Assembly (NCBI GenBank): GCA_023700255.1
Contig: JAJPRD010000002.1
Coordinates: forward strand, 42,748-106,747
Length of the DNA stretch: 64,000 bases
Reading direction: 5' to 3'
Source of the DNA: Candidatus Thalassarchaeaceae archaeon
GTDB taxonomy: Archaea > Thermoplasmatota > Poseidoniia > Poseidoniales > Thalassarchaeaceae
The position numbers and the translations under genes are program-made. Below the pieces are notes generated by a model. The model did not search any database. It saw only the letters and a program-made list of their open reading frames with translations, and was not told the origin of the DNA. This document shows, one piece after another, positions 37,091 to 46,049 of the stretch (within the stretch, counting starts at the first letter, position 1; the number at the start of each line of letters is the position of its first letter).

Positions 37091-38614
37091 TCAATTACCT
37101 TTGTCGCCGGATGAAGTATTCTTGTTTCCTTTATCCGGCCTTTTGCCTTTTTCAGACCTATTGCCTTTATTGGATCTTTTATCATTATAATTTCCTTTAT
37201 CCGGGCCTTTTCCTTTTTCAGACCTATTGCCTTTATTGGATCTTTTATCATTATAATTTCTTTTTTCCCCTTTTTCTCCTCTTTTCTTATATCGGGATTT
37301 TGAATCATCACTTGAATCATCTTTCTTATTGAATGATTTATGTCCTTTCTTTCTTTGTCTCTCAGATGAGCTTCTAGATTTCTGTGCAGGACCTCTTTGT
37401 CTCTTATTTTTCCTGCGCTTATTATTATTATTATTATTATTTTGAGGTTTTCTTTCCTCTTCGTATTCTTCTTCAACATACTCCATAGGATATTCAGTTA
37501 AATTTTCTACATTAGGTGGCTGGAATCTTCTTTTAATGCCTACTTGATTTTGAATTTTATTGTATGATCTTTGTTGTGATCTTTGTACATATGAAATTAC
37601 TACACCTTCAGCTCCTGCTCTAGCAGTTCTTCCACTACGGTGTTTATACGCTTTTGAATTCTCAGGAGGGTCATAATGAATTACGCAATTCACACCTTGA
37701 ATGTCAATTCCTCTTGCTGCAACATCCGTTGCTACTAGTGCTATAGATCCTCCTTTGGTGAATCTTTTTAATGCGCGATCACGTTGTCTCTGATTTAGAC
37801 CTCCGTGTAATGTAGAAACTCTTAGGTCTGCATCATACATCTCATCACCTAACTTATCCACTCCTCTTCTTGTCTTGCAAAATATCATGGTTTTGCCGCA
37901 TTTAGATATTACTTCTGAAGTTATACCTAGTTTTTGATGTGGTTTTATAGTCCAAAACAAGTGCTGCATATTTTCTATACTAACCTCTTTAGGTCCAACT
38001 TCAAAAGTCACAGGGTTTTGTTGATAATTTCTAACTAAATCTGCAACATCATCATCTAGTGTTGCACTAAATAGGATGGTTTGTCTCTGTTTAGAACATT
38101 TATCCAAGATTTTGCAAACAGGTTCCATAAAACCCATATCTGCCATTCTATCTGCTTCATCAATTACTACAGTTTCAACATCTTCTAATTTTAATGCACG
38201 TCTATCTAAAAGGTCCAGTAATCTTCCTGGACAAGCCACCAGTATATCCACACCTCTATTTAGTGCATTATATTGGTTTTTATATGATACACCGCCATAT
38301 ATTGAAACAATATCTCTATCTACTGCTGCTGCAATAGGTCTCAGAACCGAATTAATTTGTTCTGCTAGCTCCCTAGTTGGGGTTAATATTAAGCTAGTAG
38401 GTCTTTTTGAATGAGCTCTCTTAGATCTAGTGATTAATGGTAGACCAAATGCTAAAGTTTTACCTGAGCCAGTTGGTGCTCTACAACACACATCTTTACC
38501 AAGTAACGAGTCTGGAATAGTTTCTGTCTGAACTTCAAAAGGTTCTATGATTCCTTGACGTTCTAGTACCTGAACTATTGCGGGATCGATTCCCAAGTCT
38601 GAAAATGATGCCAC
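37091..38614 (-). CDS. DEAD-box ATP-dependent RNA helicase with a long repetitive Lys/Arg/Asn-rich C-terminal tail
   Basis: The Q-motif region is FSDLGI...PFEVQ. Other motifs are APTGSGKTLAF, PTRELA, VIDEADRM, SAT, VATDVAARGIDI and HRSGRTARAG. The tail contains NNNNNNNKRRKNKRQRG and two 22-aa repeats. Confidence 0.92.
   Translation of the reverse strand: MASFSDLGIDPAIVQVLERQGIIEPFEVQTETIPDSLLGKDVCCRAPTGSGKTLAFGLPLITRSKRAHSKRPTSLILTPTRELAEQINSVLRPIAAAVDRDIVSIYGGVSYKNQYNALNRGVDILVACPGRLLDLLDRRALKLEDVETVVIDEADRMADMGFMEPVCKILDKCSKQRQTILFSATLDDDVADLVRNYQQNPVTFEVGPKEVSIENMQHLFWTIKPHQKLGITSEVISKCGKTMIFCKTRRGVDKLGDEMYDADLRVSTLHGGLNQRQRDRALKRFTKGGSIALVATDVAARGIDIQGVNCVIHYDPPENSKAYKHRSGRTARAGAEGVVISYVQRSQQRSYNKIQNQVGIKRRFQPPNVENLTEYPMEYVEEEYEEERKPQNNNNNNNKRRKNKRQRGPAQKSRSSSERQRKKGHKSFNKKDDSSDDSKSRYKKRGEKGEKRNYNDKRSNKGNRSEKGKGPDKGNYNDKRSNKGNRSEKGKRPDKGNKNTSSGDKGN
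37131..37262. repeat. 66-bp tandem duplication (2 copies) inside the helicase tail
   Basis: ttcagacctattgcctttattggatcttttatcattataatttc occurs at 37151 and again at 37217, giving a 66 bp period (22 aa: NYNDKRSNKGNRSEKGK(G/R)PDKG). Confidence 0.9.
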
Positions 38615-38682
38615 AATTTGTCCCTACTGTTTGCTCCGCGACGACCATCCCTATTTAGCATCAACAGTATTAATATCTTACA

Positions 38683-39390
38683 TTATTGGATAGTAGTAAG
38701 GTTATCCATTAGTGTTGTGGCTCCTATTCTAAATCTTTTCCAATTAATTATAGCCTTATCCTGTTGTTCTATCAGTTGAATAAATTTAATTACTTTATCT
38801 CTATCATTTATCCCACCTGAAATCTTCATACCTAATTTTTCTTTGAAAGTTAATTCATGTCTCATCAACTCATATGATAGGATTTTCACATCTTCTTCAG
38901 TGCATGAACCTCTTTTACCAGTACATGTTTTTACAAAATCTATACCGACTGCTAATGCCATTCTTGTGATGGCTCTTATTTTCCTCTCACTAAGTAATGG
39001 TGTTTCAATAATTACTTTCAGTATTTTTCCTTTTGATGCGTTTCTCATTGTTACTAATTTCTCTAGCTCGATTTCGTCAGGGTAATCTTCGGTATTTCGT
39101 GGTTCTAGAACTACGTCGATTTCATCTGCACCCAAATTAATTGCTGAGATTATATCTTTTTCAATTTCTAGACAATCGTTACTACCTTCGGGGAATTTCC
39201 CTGCTAATGCAGCTATCGCTATGTTTGAATTGAGAACTTTTTTAGCGATTTTAATATGCTCAGGGAAAATACAAATTGCAGCAGGCATATGTCTATTTGC
39301 ATTTATACAAAATTTAATGATATCTTCATGATTAATTTCGTGATTTAGGAATGTATAATCGAGGAATTTTATTACCTGATCATTATTCAA
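38683..39390 (-). CDS. deoC: Deoxyribose-phosphate aldolase family protein
   Basis: LKVIIETPLL is followed by the Schiff-base Lys context GIDFVKTCTG, then MKISGGI. Confidence 0.8.
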   Translation of the reverse strand: MNNDQVIKFLDYTFLNHEINHEDIIKFCINANRHMPAAICIFPEHIKIAKKVLNSNIAIAALAGKFPEGSNDCLEIEKDIISAINLGADEIDVVLEPRNTEDYPDEIELEKLVTMRNASKGKILKVIIETPLLSERKIRAITRMALAVGIDFVKTCTGKRGSCTEEDVKILSYELMRHELTFKEKLGMKISGGINDRDKVIKFIQLIEQQDKAIINWKRFRIGATTLMDNLTTIQ

Positions 39391-39398
39391 AATACCAC

Positions 39399-40496
39399 CT
39401 AATAGTTGGATTTTTCAAAATCTTGCATAAATGAAACAAGACTTTCTACACTTTCTATAGGGCAACCATTGTATATGCTCGCTCTGATTCCTCCTACACT
39501 TCTATGACCTTTTAGTCCCTCCATACCTCTTGACTTTGCTTCATACAAGAATTTTTCTTCAAGCTCCTCATTAGCTAATCTCCAAGTCACATTCATCACT
39601 GAACGAGACTCTTTCTCAGCATGTGGTTTCCAAAAATCACTTCTATCCAGTTCCTCATAAAGTAAATTCGATTTTGCTATGTTTCTTGCAATAGATCCAT
39701 TTATTCCTCCATTTTCTTCTATCCAGTTGAATACTCTCTCAAGAACGAATATACCGAATGTATTTGGCGTATTAAATAATGATTTTTTAGATGCGTGGAC
39801 TGAATAATCGAGCATAGTTGGTAAATTATCTCCGGCTCTCTCTATAGCCCATGGTGATAAGATAACTACTGTCACTCCACTAGGGCCAAGATTCTTCTGT
39901 GCACCTGCGTAAATCAAATCATGAGCACTTACATCAATTTTGACTCCTGTGATGTCTGAACTAGCATCTACGACTCTAGGTTTTCCATAGCTATCTGGAA
40001 TATGATGATACTGTGTTCCAAATAAGGTGTTATTAGAAGTATAATGGACATATTTAGCATCTTCTCGGATTGAGTAATCTCCATTCCGAGGAATTGTTTT
40101 GAAACCATTCTCAGAATCATCCCACCTCGGGGAAGCATCTCCTATTCTATTTGCTTCTTTCATTGCCTTCTTGGACCATGTACCTGTCACTAAGAAATCT
40201 ACCTTTTCTCCCGGTTTTAGCAGATTTAGGGCCGACATGTAGAACTGTAAGGATGCTCCTCCTTGCAAGAAAAGAACTGTATATTCATCAGGTATGGATA
40301 GTATTCTACGTAATCTTTCCATAGCACTATCGATGACTTTTTGGAAAGTATCGCTCCTATGGCTAATTTCGATTAGTCCCAAACCACTATCATCTAAGTT
40401 AGGTAATGCATTTTGACAATCTTCAATGACTTGTAGAGGTAATATTCCTGGTCCGGCGCCGAAGTTGTGTACACGTCCAGTTGGAGTCACATACAA
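39399..40496 (-). CDS. serC: Phosphoserine aminotransferase
   Basis: Signatures are NFGAGPGILP, LFLQGGASLQF and the PLP-Lys context GAQKNLGPSGVTVVI, plus GGIRASIYN. Confidence 0.92.
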   Translation of the reverse strand: MYVTPTGRVHNFGAGPGILPLQVIEDCQNALPNLDDSGLGLIEISHRSDTFQKVIDSAMERLRRILSIPDEYTVLFLQGGASLQFYMSALNLLKPGEKVDFLVTGTWSKKAMKEANRIGDASPRWDDSENGFKTIPRNGDYSIREDAKYVHYTSNNTLFGTQYHHIPDSYGKPRVVDASSDITGVKIDVSAHDLIYAGAQKNLGPSGVTVVILSPWAIERAGDNLPTMLDYSVHASKKSLFNTPNTFGIFVLERVFNWIEENGGINGSIARNIAKSNLLYEELDRSDFWKPHAEKESRSVMNVTWRLANEELEEKFLYEAKSRGMEGLKGHRSVGGIRASIYNGCPIESVESLVSFMQDFEKSNY

Positions 40497-40564
40497 CGGG
40501 TGTGGGTATGAGTCTTTGATGGCATCGGCTCAGTGGATAATTTAAGGGTGAGGTTCATCTTATA

Positions 40565-41185
40565 GTGGCTAGACGAACGTCCGTGTTGCGTATAGGCCTA
40601 GTCATGCTTCAAGGCGCGCGACATGCACATATTAATGCTCTAAATAGTGCTGCGAATGAATTGGAAATGGAAATTAAGGTTTTTGAATTACGTAAAGATA
40701 CTGATTTACTTGAGTCTGATCCGCATGTGATAATTTTACCTGGTGGCGAGTCAACAACAATGCGTCTTATAGGAAATGGAACTAATTCTCAATTACTCCC
40801 TGAATTGTTTAAATGGATGAGAAATAACCCTAATAATCCCGTTATGGGTACTTGTGCAGGTGCAATATTACTCTCAGATCCTCAGGATGGTGGCGGGAAA
40901 ATTGTTGATGTTCAAGTCAATAGAAATGGTTATGGTGGACAATCAGAGTCATTTCAATCAATAGTGAACTCAGACCTTATTGATGGCGAATTCCTAGGTG
41001 TTTTCATCCGAGCACCTAGATTTTCAAGTATAGGTCCTAAATCTATACCAGTAGTATCTCATGATGGTGAAATAGTTGGAGTTAGAACTAATAATCGAAT
41101 AGCATTAACATTTCATCCAGAGTTATCTAATGATAATAGCTTTCATAAATGGTTACTATCAAAAGCATTGGGGGTATCTTCATAA
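40565..41185 (+). CDS. pdxT: Pyridoxal 5'-phosphate synthase glutaminase subunit PdxT
   Basis: Signatures are IGLVMLQGA, ILPGGESTTM, GTCAGAILL (nucleophile Cys), NGYGGQSESF, GVFIRAP and FHPEL. Confidence 0.92.
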   Translation: MARRTSVLRIGLVMLQGARHAHINALNSAANELEMEIKVFELRKDTDLLESDPHVIILPGGESTTMRLIGNGTNSQLLPELFKWMRNNPNNPVMGTCAGAILLSDPQDGGGKIVDVQVNRNGYGGQSESFQSIVNSDLIDGEFLGVFIRAPRFSSIGPKSIPVVSHDGEIVGVRTNNRIALTFHPELSNDNSFHKWLLSKALGVSS

Positions 41186-42330
41186 AAAATTTAGTAAGAA
41201 TCGTTCAGGCTCCTCAGTTGCCAGAAGTAGCCGATGATCTCGATACTGAAGGTTGTATTCAATGTCAGATGGGTAGTAAGTTAGTGCTTTTTATTACAGG
41301 TCATTGTCATTGGATGTGTGATTACTGTCCGCTTTCGGAAACAAGAAGAGAAATTGATTTCATGTATGCGAATGAACGAAAAATCGAGATAGGTGATTGG
41401 CAAGCAGTAATTGATGAATCTAAAGCAATGAATGCTACTGGAGCAGGAATTACTGGAGGTGACCCAGTTATGGCTCGTGAGCGAGTTCTAGAAGGTGTGA
41501 AAATATTAAAAGCAGAATTTGGCCCTGAATATCATTTACATATGTACACCAGTATTCCATTTAAACCTGAATGGGCGAAAGATTTTGCCGAAGCAGGCCT
41601 TGATGAAATAAGGTTCCATTTTTTAGATTTAGAATCTGAAAAGTACAGGAAAACAATAGCTGCATGTAAAGATTCTGGGATGTTGACTGGAGTAGAGTTA
41701 CCTTGTGAACCAGATAAGGAAGAAGAATTAATGCAACTATTAGAAACGATGAGGGGAATGGATGTTCAGTTTCTTAACTTAAATGAGTTAGAAATAACGG
41801 TTGGTAACCATGATAATATGGAATTAAGAGGCTTCAATCTATCTACTGAGATTACAGCAGGTGCCGCAGGATCTGCCGAATTATCGATTGCTATGAGAGA
41901 TAGAGTTATGGCCGCTGAATTAGGAATTCCAGATCCAATGGATGGGGTTCTTAGAGATCCTTACGGCTACCATCTAAAATTTTGTACGTCAACTTACAAA
42001 GATTCAGGTCAACTGCGTAGAAGATTCATTCGAAGAGGTGAGCATACTATTGCTCCTCATGAAACTTTAACTGATGATGGTACTCTAATTTTTGGTGCTT
42101 TATCGTCACCTCCTGAAGAACAAGAGAATTGGATTAATGAAATAAGTAGTGAAACAGGTCTTCCATCACGTTTTCTTTATTGGGATGAATTAAATTCTCG
42201 AATTGAAATGCCGTTAGTTGTGGCGGAAGATATTGCAAATGTAGTTGATGCAGAAGTATCAATAGTTGAGGTGACACCAACTTATGAAAGAATGGAACTA
42301 ACTGTAGTAGTTCTTAATTCCAAAATGTAA
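41149..42330 (+). CDS. Radical SAM protein (archaeal conserved, function unknown)
   Basis: The CxxxCxxC cluster is GHCHWMCDYCPLS, and ITGGDP is present. The ORF-track start overlaps pdxT by 37 nt. The next in-frame ATG is at 41269, so the start is uncertain. Confidence 0.8.
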   Translation: MVTIKSIGGIFIKNLVRIVQAPQLPEVADDLDTEGCIQCQMGSKLVLFITGHCHWMCDYCPLSETRREIDFMYANERKIEIGDWQAVIDESKAMNATGAGITGGDPVMARERVLEGVKILKAEFGPEYHLHMYTSIPFKPEWAKDFAEAGLDEIRFHFLDLESEKYRKTIAACKDSGMLTGVELPCEPDKEEELMQLLETMRGMDVQFLNLNELEITVGNHDNMELRGFNLSTEITAGAAGSAELSIAMRDRVMAAELGIPDPMDGVLRDPYGYHLKFCTSTYKDSGQLRRRFIRRGEHTIAPHETLTDDGTLIFGALSSPPEEQENWINEISSETGLPSRFLYWDELNSRIEMPLVVAEDIANVVDAEVSIVEVTPTYERMELTVVVLNSKM

Positions 42331-42395
42331 TTATTAGTTTACATTTATTTGTTTTGCACGTTGAGTTCATTTACCATTGACTTTAGTCATGTGAT

Positions 42396-44240
42396 ATGCC
42401 AGTGAGGCGAGCCAATCCTGAAGTCAGTGGTGTTGACCCATATAGGCGCCTATCTGCATCTCAAGTTATTACTTGGAAAAACTGTCCTAGGCTTTGGTAT
42501 TATTCATATATTCCCAAACTAAAGAGCCCCTTACCTCCTCAAATATTACGAGGCAATGCTGTCGAAGATTGTATATCTCGTATTCTTAGAGAATCCCCTG
42601 TTTTGTTATCTCCTTCTGATGGTAACCTAATCTCTTCTCCACTAAATTCTGATGGATCAGTATCGTATGATTCTGAAGATGGTTGGGCGTGTCCTGGATT
42701 TGAACCTAGGCCCAAAGAATCATGGCCTAAAAATCGTAAAGAATTGCATGATTGGGCATTATCAAGAGTAGATGTACATTTTGACTACTGCTGGAATGCT
42801 GCAATCAAGGATTGGAAATCAAGTCCTAACCGTATTGGTAAATCCGAAGATATTGACCCTGAAGAAGGTCGTCAGATGATTATAGCAGGTATCAAACTAC
42901 ATTTAGATCAGGTTGAACTATGTTTGAATGCAAATGGTGGTCCTTATTTGGAATCTTGGAGGAAAGGTGAATTTAGGCCGGAGTGGCCAGCTCCAGATGG
43001 TTTTCCCAAAAAATGGAATATGCCTCATCCGGGTGCAGAACAAGAACTTTCACCTATGTCATGGATAGAGTCATGGGAGATTTCTCGTCCTTGGTTTGTT
43101 GATCCAGATGGTTCTAGTTTTTCTGAAACTACATGCCATCCTGATGATTGGTTTCAGGGCGAATATGATCTAGTTTATCGCTGGACAGGGGGTATTCGTA
43201 TTGTTGATTTGAAAGCATCAGTTGGGAAAGGTGACCGTTCGGGTGGTTATCTTGAACAGTTGAGATTGTATTCTTGGATCTGGTGGGAAACTCATGATAG
43301 AACTGATGAAGTAGAGGGATTAGAAATCTGGTATTTAGGTCCAGGGACTATCAAAGAAGTACCTATGCCTGACGAACTAGAGATGTCAACATACAATGAT
43401 GAGTTAGGACAATTATATCAAAAGATACATTCAAAAGTTCCAGAAATAACTGATTGCCCCCCTGATCCATTGCCATTGAGGTACTTTGATATTGGAGGTA
43501 AACCTTCGAATCCAGCAATTGATCCTGACCCTAAGGCGCGTTGTGTGCGCTGTAATCTTCGTGGAGTTTGTGAAAATAGTGATTATGAATTAATTTTGCC
43601 ATCTCTCCAAAGATTAGAAAAATTCTCTCATGCTTGGCCTATAACTGCAATGAATAATATTAAGACACGTCATACCGTTATTGGAGATGTTAGCGAATTA
43701 AATGGGCCTAATCTTAATTCTAATGGAGAAATTGATTTATCATTTAGACTAGTTGATGGTTATGAAAGAGCAAAAGTCAAAGTTCATCGATTTGGGGGGC
43801 TGAAGGATGTTTCCAGGTCGATTCAAAATGAAAGTAAAGTTAAGATTGAAAATGCTCTGACCTCTATATGGCGCAGTGAATTAGTTATCGATTTAGATTC
43901 AAAATCAATAGTTTCTATTGCTAAGGATGATGAAAGCGCTCCAATGATTGAAGTTGAAACAAGGGTAAACGTAGTAGGCAGGATTTGGTCAATAAATGCA
44001 TTTCCAGATGGGAAAGGTGTAGCACGTTGGTCAATTACTCTTGTTGATAGTAGTGGTTCAGTCGGAGTAGTAGCATTCAAGCAATTTATTCCAGTCATTG
44101 CTGCAGGTCTTTCTAGAGGAGATGAAATCGCAATCCTCAATGGTGAAATCGGAGAGTTTGCTGGTCAAAAACAAGTACGATTAGGACCTGGTGCCCGTGT
44201 AGTTCTTCTGAAAAGCTCAGAAGATTTAGATCCCTTCTAA
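42396..44240 (+). CDS. PD-(D/E)XK (Cas4/AddB-like) nuclease with a 4-Cys cluster and a C-terminal OB-fold
   Basis: The N-terminus is LSASQVITWKNCPRLWYYSY. The catalytic core is YDLVYRWTGGIRIVDLKAS...YLEQLRLY. The C-terminal Cys triad is CVRCNLRGVC. The last 200 aa or so (VNVVGRIWSINAFPDGKGVARWSITLVDSSGSVGVVAF...GDEIAILNGEIGEFAGQKQVRL) look like an RPA/tRNA_anti-type OB fold. Confidence 0.7.
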   Translation: MPVRRANPEVSGVDPYRRLSASQVITWKNCPRLWYYSYIPKLKSPLPPQILRGNAVEDCISRILRESPVLLSPSDGNLISSPLNSDGSVSYDSEDGWACPGFEPRPKESWPKNRKELHDWALSRVDVHFDYCWNAAIKDWKSSPNRIGKSEDIDPEEGRQMIIAGIKLHLDQVELCLNANGGPYLESWRKGEFRPEWPAPDGFPKKWNMPHPGAEQELSPMSWIESWEISRPWFVDPDGSSFSETTCHPDDWFQGEYDLVYRWTGGIRIVDLKASVGKGDRSGGYLEQLRLYSWIWWETHDRTDEVEGLEIWYLGPGTIKEVPMPDELEMSTYNDELGQLYQKIHSKVPEITDCPPDPLPLRYFDIGGKPSNPAIDPDPKARCVRCNLRGVCENSDYELILPSLQRLEKFSHAWPITAMNNIKTRHTVIGDVSELNGPNLNSNGEIDLSFRLVDGYERAKVKVHRFGGLKDVSRSIQNESKVKIENALTSIWRSELVIDLDSKSIVSIAKDDESAPMIEVETRVNVVGRIWSINAFPDGKGVARWSITLVDSSGSVGVVAFKQFIPVIAAGLSRGDEIAILNGEIGEFAGQKQVRLGPGARVVLLKSSEDLDPF

Positions 44241-44244
44241 ATAA

Positions 44245-44958
44245 TTAACTTTGTTTGCCTATGAATGGGATCATTTTCGATACAGTGTCGTTAATGACTC
44301 TACCTGCTAGATTATTGAAACGACTTGGGACTGGTGATAAGTATACTTTTCCAGTACCTGAAATGACATTAACAAAACCTTCTCCTCCAGCAAACTTTGA
44401 TATCATTCCTTTTCCTAACATTTTCACCTCATAATTTAATCCTGCATCTCTAGCAACTGCAAAGTTTCCATCTACTGTAAGTGTACTATTTACTAGATTA
44501 ATCTCTTGAATAGGTCCTTCTGAATAATATACCAGAGTTCCAGTTCCTGAAACAGTAGTTTGCCAGATTCCCTCTCCACTAAACATAGTAATCCCTTTAT
44601 TTCTCATAATTCCAACCTCAATTCCTAGATCAGAGCATATATATGCACCTGAATCAAGAACCATTTCATTACCATTTAATTCTATTATGTGATATTCACC
44701 AAATGTTGGTGGACCAAAAAATACCTCTCCATTTCCAGTGTATGTAGGTCTAAATACAGATTCTCCTGATACCATTGATTTAAGGAATCCACCAACGCTC
44801 GGTTTCTTAGTCACCATTTCTATGTTCCCGATCATGTAGTGTAATGCACCAGATTCAGCACGTACAGTATCACCATCCAATGTGACTTTAACCATTCTTA
44901 ATTCTTCAGTGTCTACAATTTCATATTGAGGCATATTTAACGGCCGGAATAATTTCAC
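44245..44958 (-). CDS. AIM24/DUF124 (TIGR00266-like) family protein
   Basis: The 237-aa length and the pattern GALHYMIGNIEM...GEVFFGP...LDSGAYICSD...GEGIWQTTVSGTGTLV...GEGFVNVISGTGKVYL are typical of the family. Confidence 0.7.
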   Translation of the reverse strand: MKLFRPLNMPQYEIVDTEELRMVKVTLDGDTVRAESGALHYMIGNIEMVTKKPSVGGFLKSMVSGESVFRPTYTGNGEVFFGPPTFGEYHIIELNGNEMVLDSGAYICSDLGIEVGIMRNKGITMFSGEGIWQTTVSGTGTLVYYSEGPIQEINLVNSTLTVDGNFAVARDAGLNYEVKMLGKGMISKFAGGEGFVNVISGTGKVYLSPVPSRFNNLAGRVINDTVSKMIPFIGKQS

Positions 44959-44985
44959 TTATGTAGTTACCTTATGGTTGATATT

Positions 44986-45071
44986 TGGCGCCGAGAGAGG
45001 GATTTGAACCCCCGAGTCCATGGGACAATGGATTTCGAATCCATCGCAATACCGGGCTATGCGATCTCGGC
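44986..45071 (-). tRNA. tRNA-Ser (anticodon CGA), class II with long variable arm, CCA encoded
   Basis: The minus strand reads GCCGAGA-TC-GCAT..TTGC-G-ATGGA-TTCGAAA-TCCAT-TGTCCCATGGACTC-GGGGG-TTCAAAT-CCCTC-TCTCGGC-G-CCA. There is a 7-bp acceptor stem, a T-loop TTCAAAT, and CGA in the anticodon loop. Confidence 0.92.
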
Positions 45072-45125
45072 TGTAATTATTCCACATACGGATTGGTCAT
45101 AAGCATGACTCGTTTGGGGTGAGAT

Positions 45126-45326
45126 ATGCGTGTTCAGGTCAAATATAATGATGAGATTCTAATTTTTGAGTCAGAAGAACCGAAGAAGATAACTGAGATA
45201 CTGAAAAACTTTGAGATACCTTCATCTACAGTATTAGCCGTTTATGATGAGACAATTGTCCCTCATTCGTCAATTATTAGTGAAGATCTAATGATTGAGT
45301 TAATTGTAGTATCATCTGGTGGATAA
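45126..45326 (+). CDS. ThiS/MoaD-family ubiquitin-like small sulfur-carrier protein (SAMP-like)
   Basis: 66 aa ending in the diglycine VVSSGG. The beta-grasp pattern is (I)LKNFEIP...VLAVYDETIVP.... Confidence 0.7.
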   Translation: MRVQVKYNDEILIFESEEPKKITEILKNFEIPSSTVLAVYDETIVPHSSIISEDLMIELIVVSSGG

Positions 45327-46040
45327 ATCATAACTGAGTTTTCTATCTTTTTCGATAGTTTCAATACCTATATTCTTTCTAATGATAGCTGCTTTATTCC
45401 CAAGTAACTCTATACCTTTGTCATTACATCTAAGAAATGACCCTTCGTATAACCCTATGACATTAGTATCGTTAGATTTATGGAATTCTTCTATTCTTCT
45501 ATGTCTAGTCTCTCCAAAATGTTGGTTGTAATTTTTATCATTATCTTCTTTCCACCATATCCCACCAGGGTGATAATGCGGATTTATCTGGAATGGTATA
45601 ATCCCAAATGTTTCGAAAGAAGGTACTAAATCAATTGGCATATCATTTGTTGTTTGCATTGTAGGTGAAGCCACATTAGATCCAGCACTAACTCCTGCAT
45701 ATGGAATATTATCCTCTAAAATTGCTTTCCTAATTGGTTGTATTAATTTCTCTTCATGTAATTTTTTAACTAATGAGAAAGTATTTCCTCCCCCTACGTA
45801 AATACCCTCCATTGTTGTAATAGCCTCTAGAGGGTTATCGAATTCATGTATCCCAATGATTTCATAATTAGAATCTCTAAACATCTCCTTTACTGAATTA
45901 GTATAATCTTCATAATCATGACTAGCATAAGGTATGAAAATTATTTTTTTACAATCTTTGAAATTTTCATTCATTAATTGCAAAAACATTTCTTTCCTTT
46001 CCGGTGTTCTTATCCCACCGCTTCCTAAGAGTATCCTCAT
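45312..46040 (-). CDS. pepE: Peptidase S51, dipeptidase E (alpha-aspartyl dipeptidase)
   Basis: Signatures are ILLGSGG, IYVGGGNTFSL and the nucleophile context YAGVSAGSNV. Confidence 0.8.
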   Translation of the reverse strand: MRILLGSGGIRTPERKEMFLQLMNENFKDCKKIIFIPYASHDYEDYTNSVKEMFRDSNYEIIGIHEFDNPLEAITTMEGIYVGGGNTFSLVKKLHEEKLIQPIRKAILEDNIPYAGVSAGSNVASPTMQTTNDMPIDLVPSFETFGIIPFQINPHYHPGGIWWKEDNDKNYNQHFGETRHRRIEEFHKSNDTNVIGLYEGSFLRCNDKGIELLGNKAAIIRKNIGIETIEKDRKLSYDLSTR

Positions 46041-46049
46041 TTGATTCCC

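Noticed and set aside
37018-37479. A 153-aa Lys/Ile-rich minus-strand ORF overlapping the helicase tail
   Set aside because: It is an alternative frame of the low-complexity AAG/AAA-rich tail. The helicase frame is continuous with the conserved core, so this one is an artefact.
41149-41268. A 37-nt overlap between pdxT and the radical SAM ORF, raising the question of a frameshift or fusion
   Set aside because: The overlap depends on an upstream ATG that may not be used, since the next in-frame ATG is at 41269. The two proteins are in different frames and each has a complete domain, so there is no evidence for a programmed frameshift.
44245-45326. A possible integrated element next to tRNA-Ser, since tRNA genes are common att sites
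   Set aside because: There is no integrase, recombinase or transposase. I could not spot a direct repeat of the tRNA 3' end by eye. Flanking genes look like ordinary chromosomal genes.
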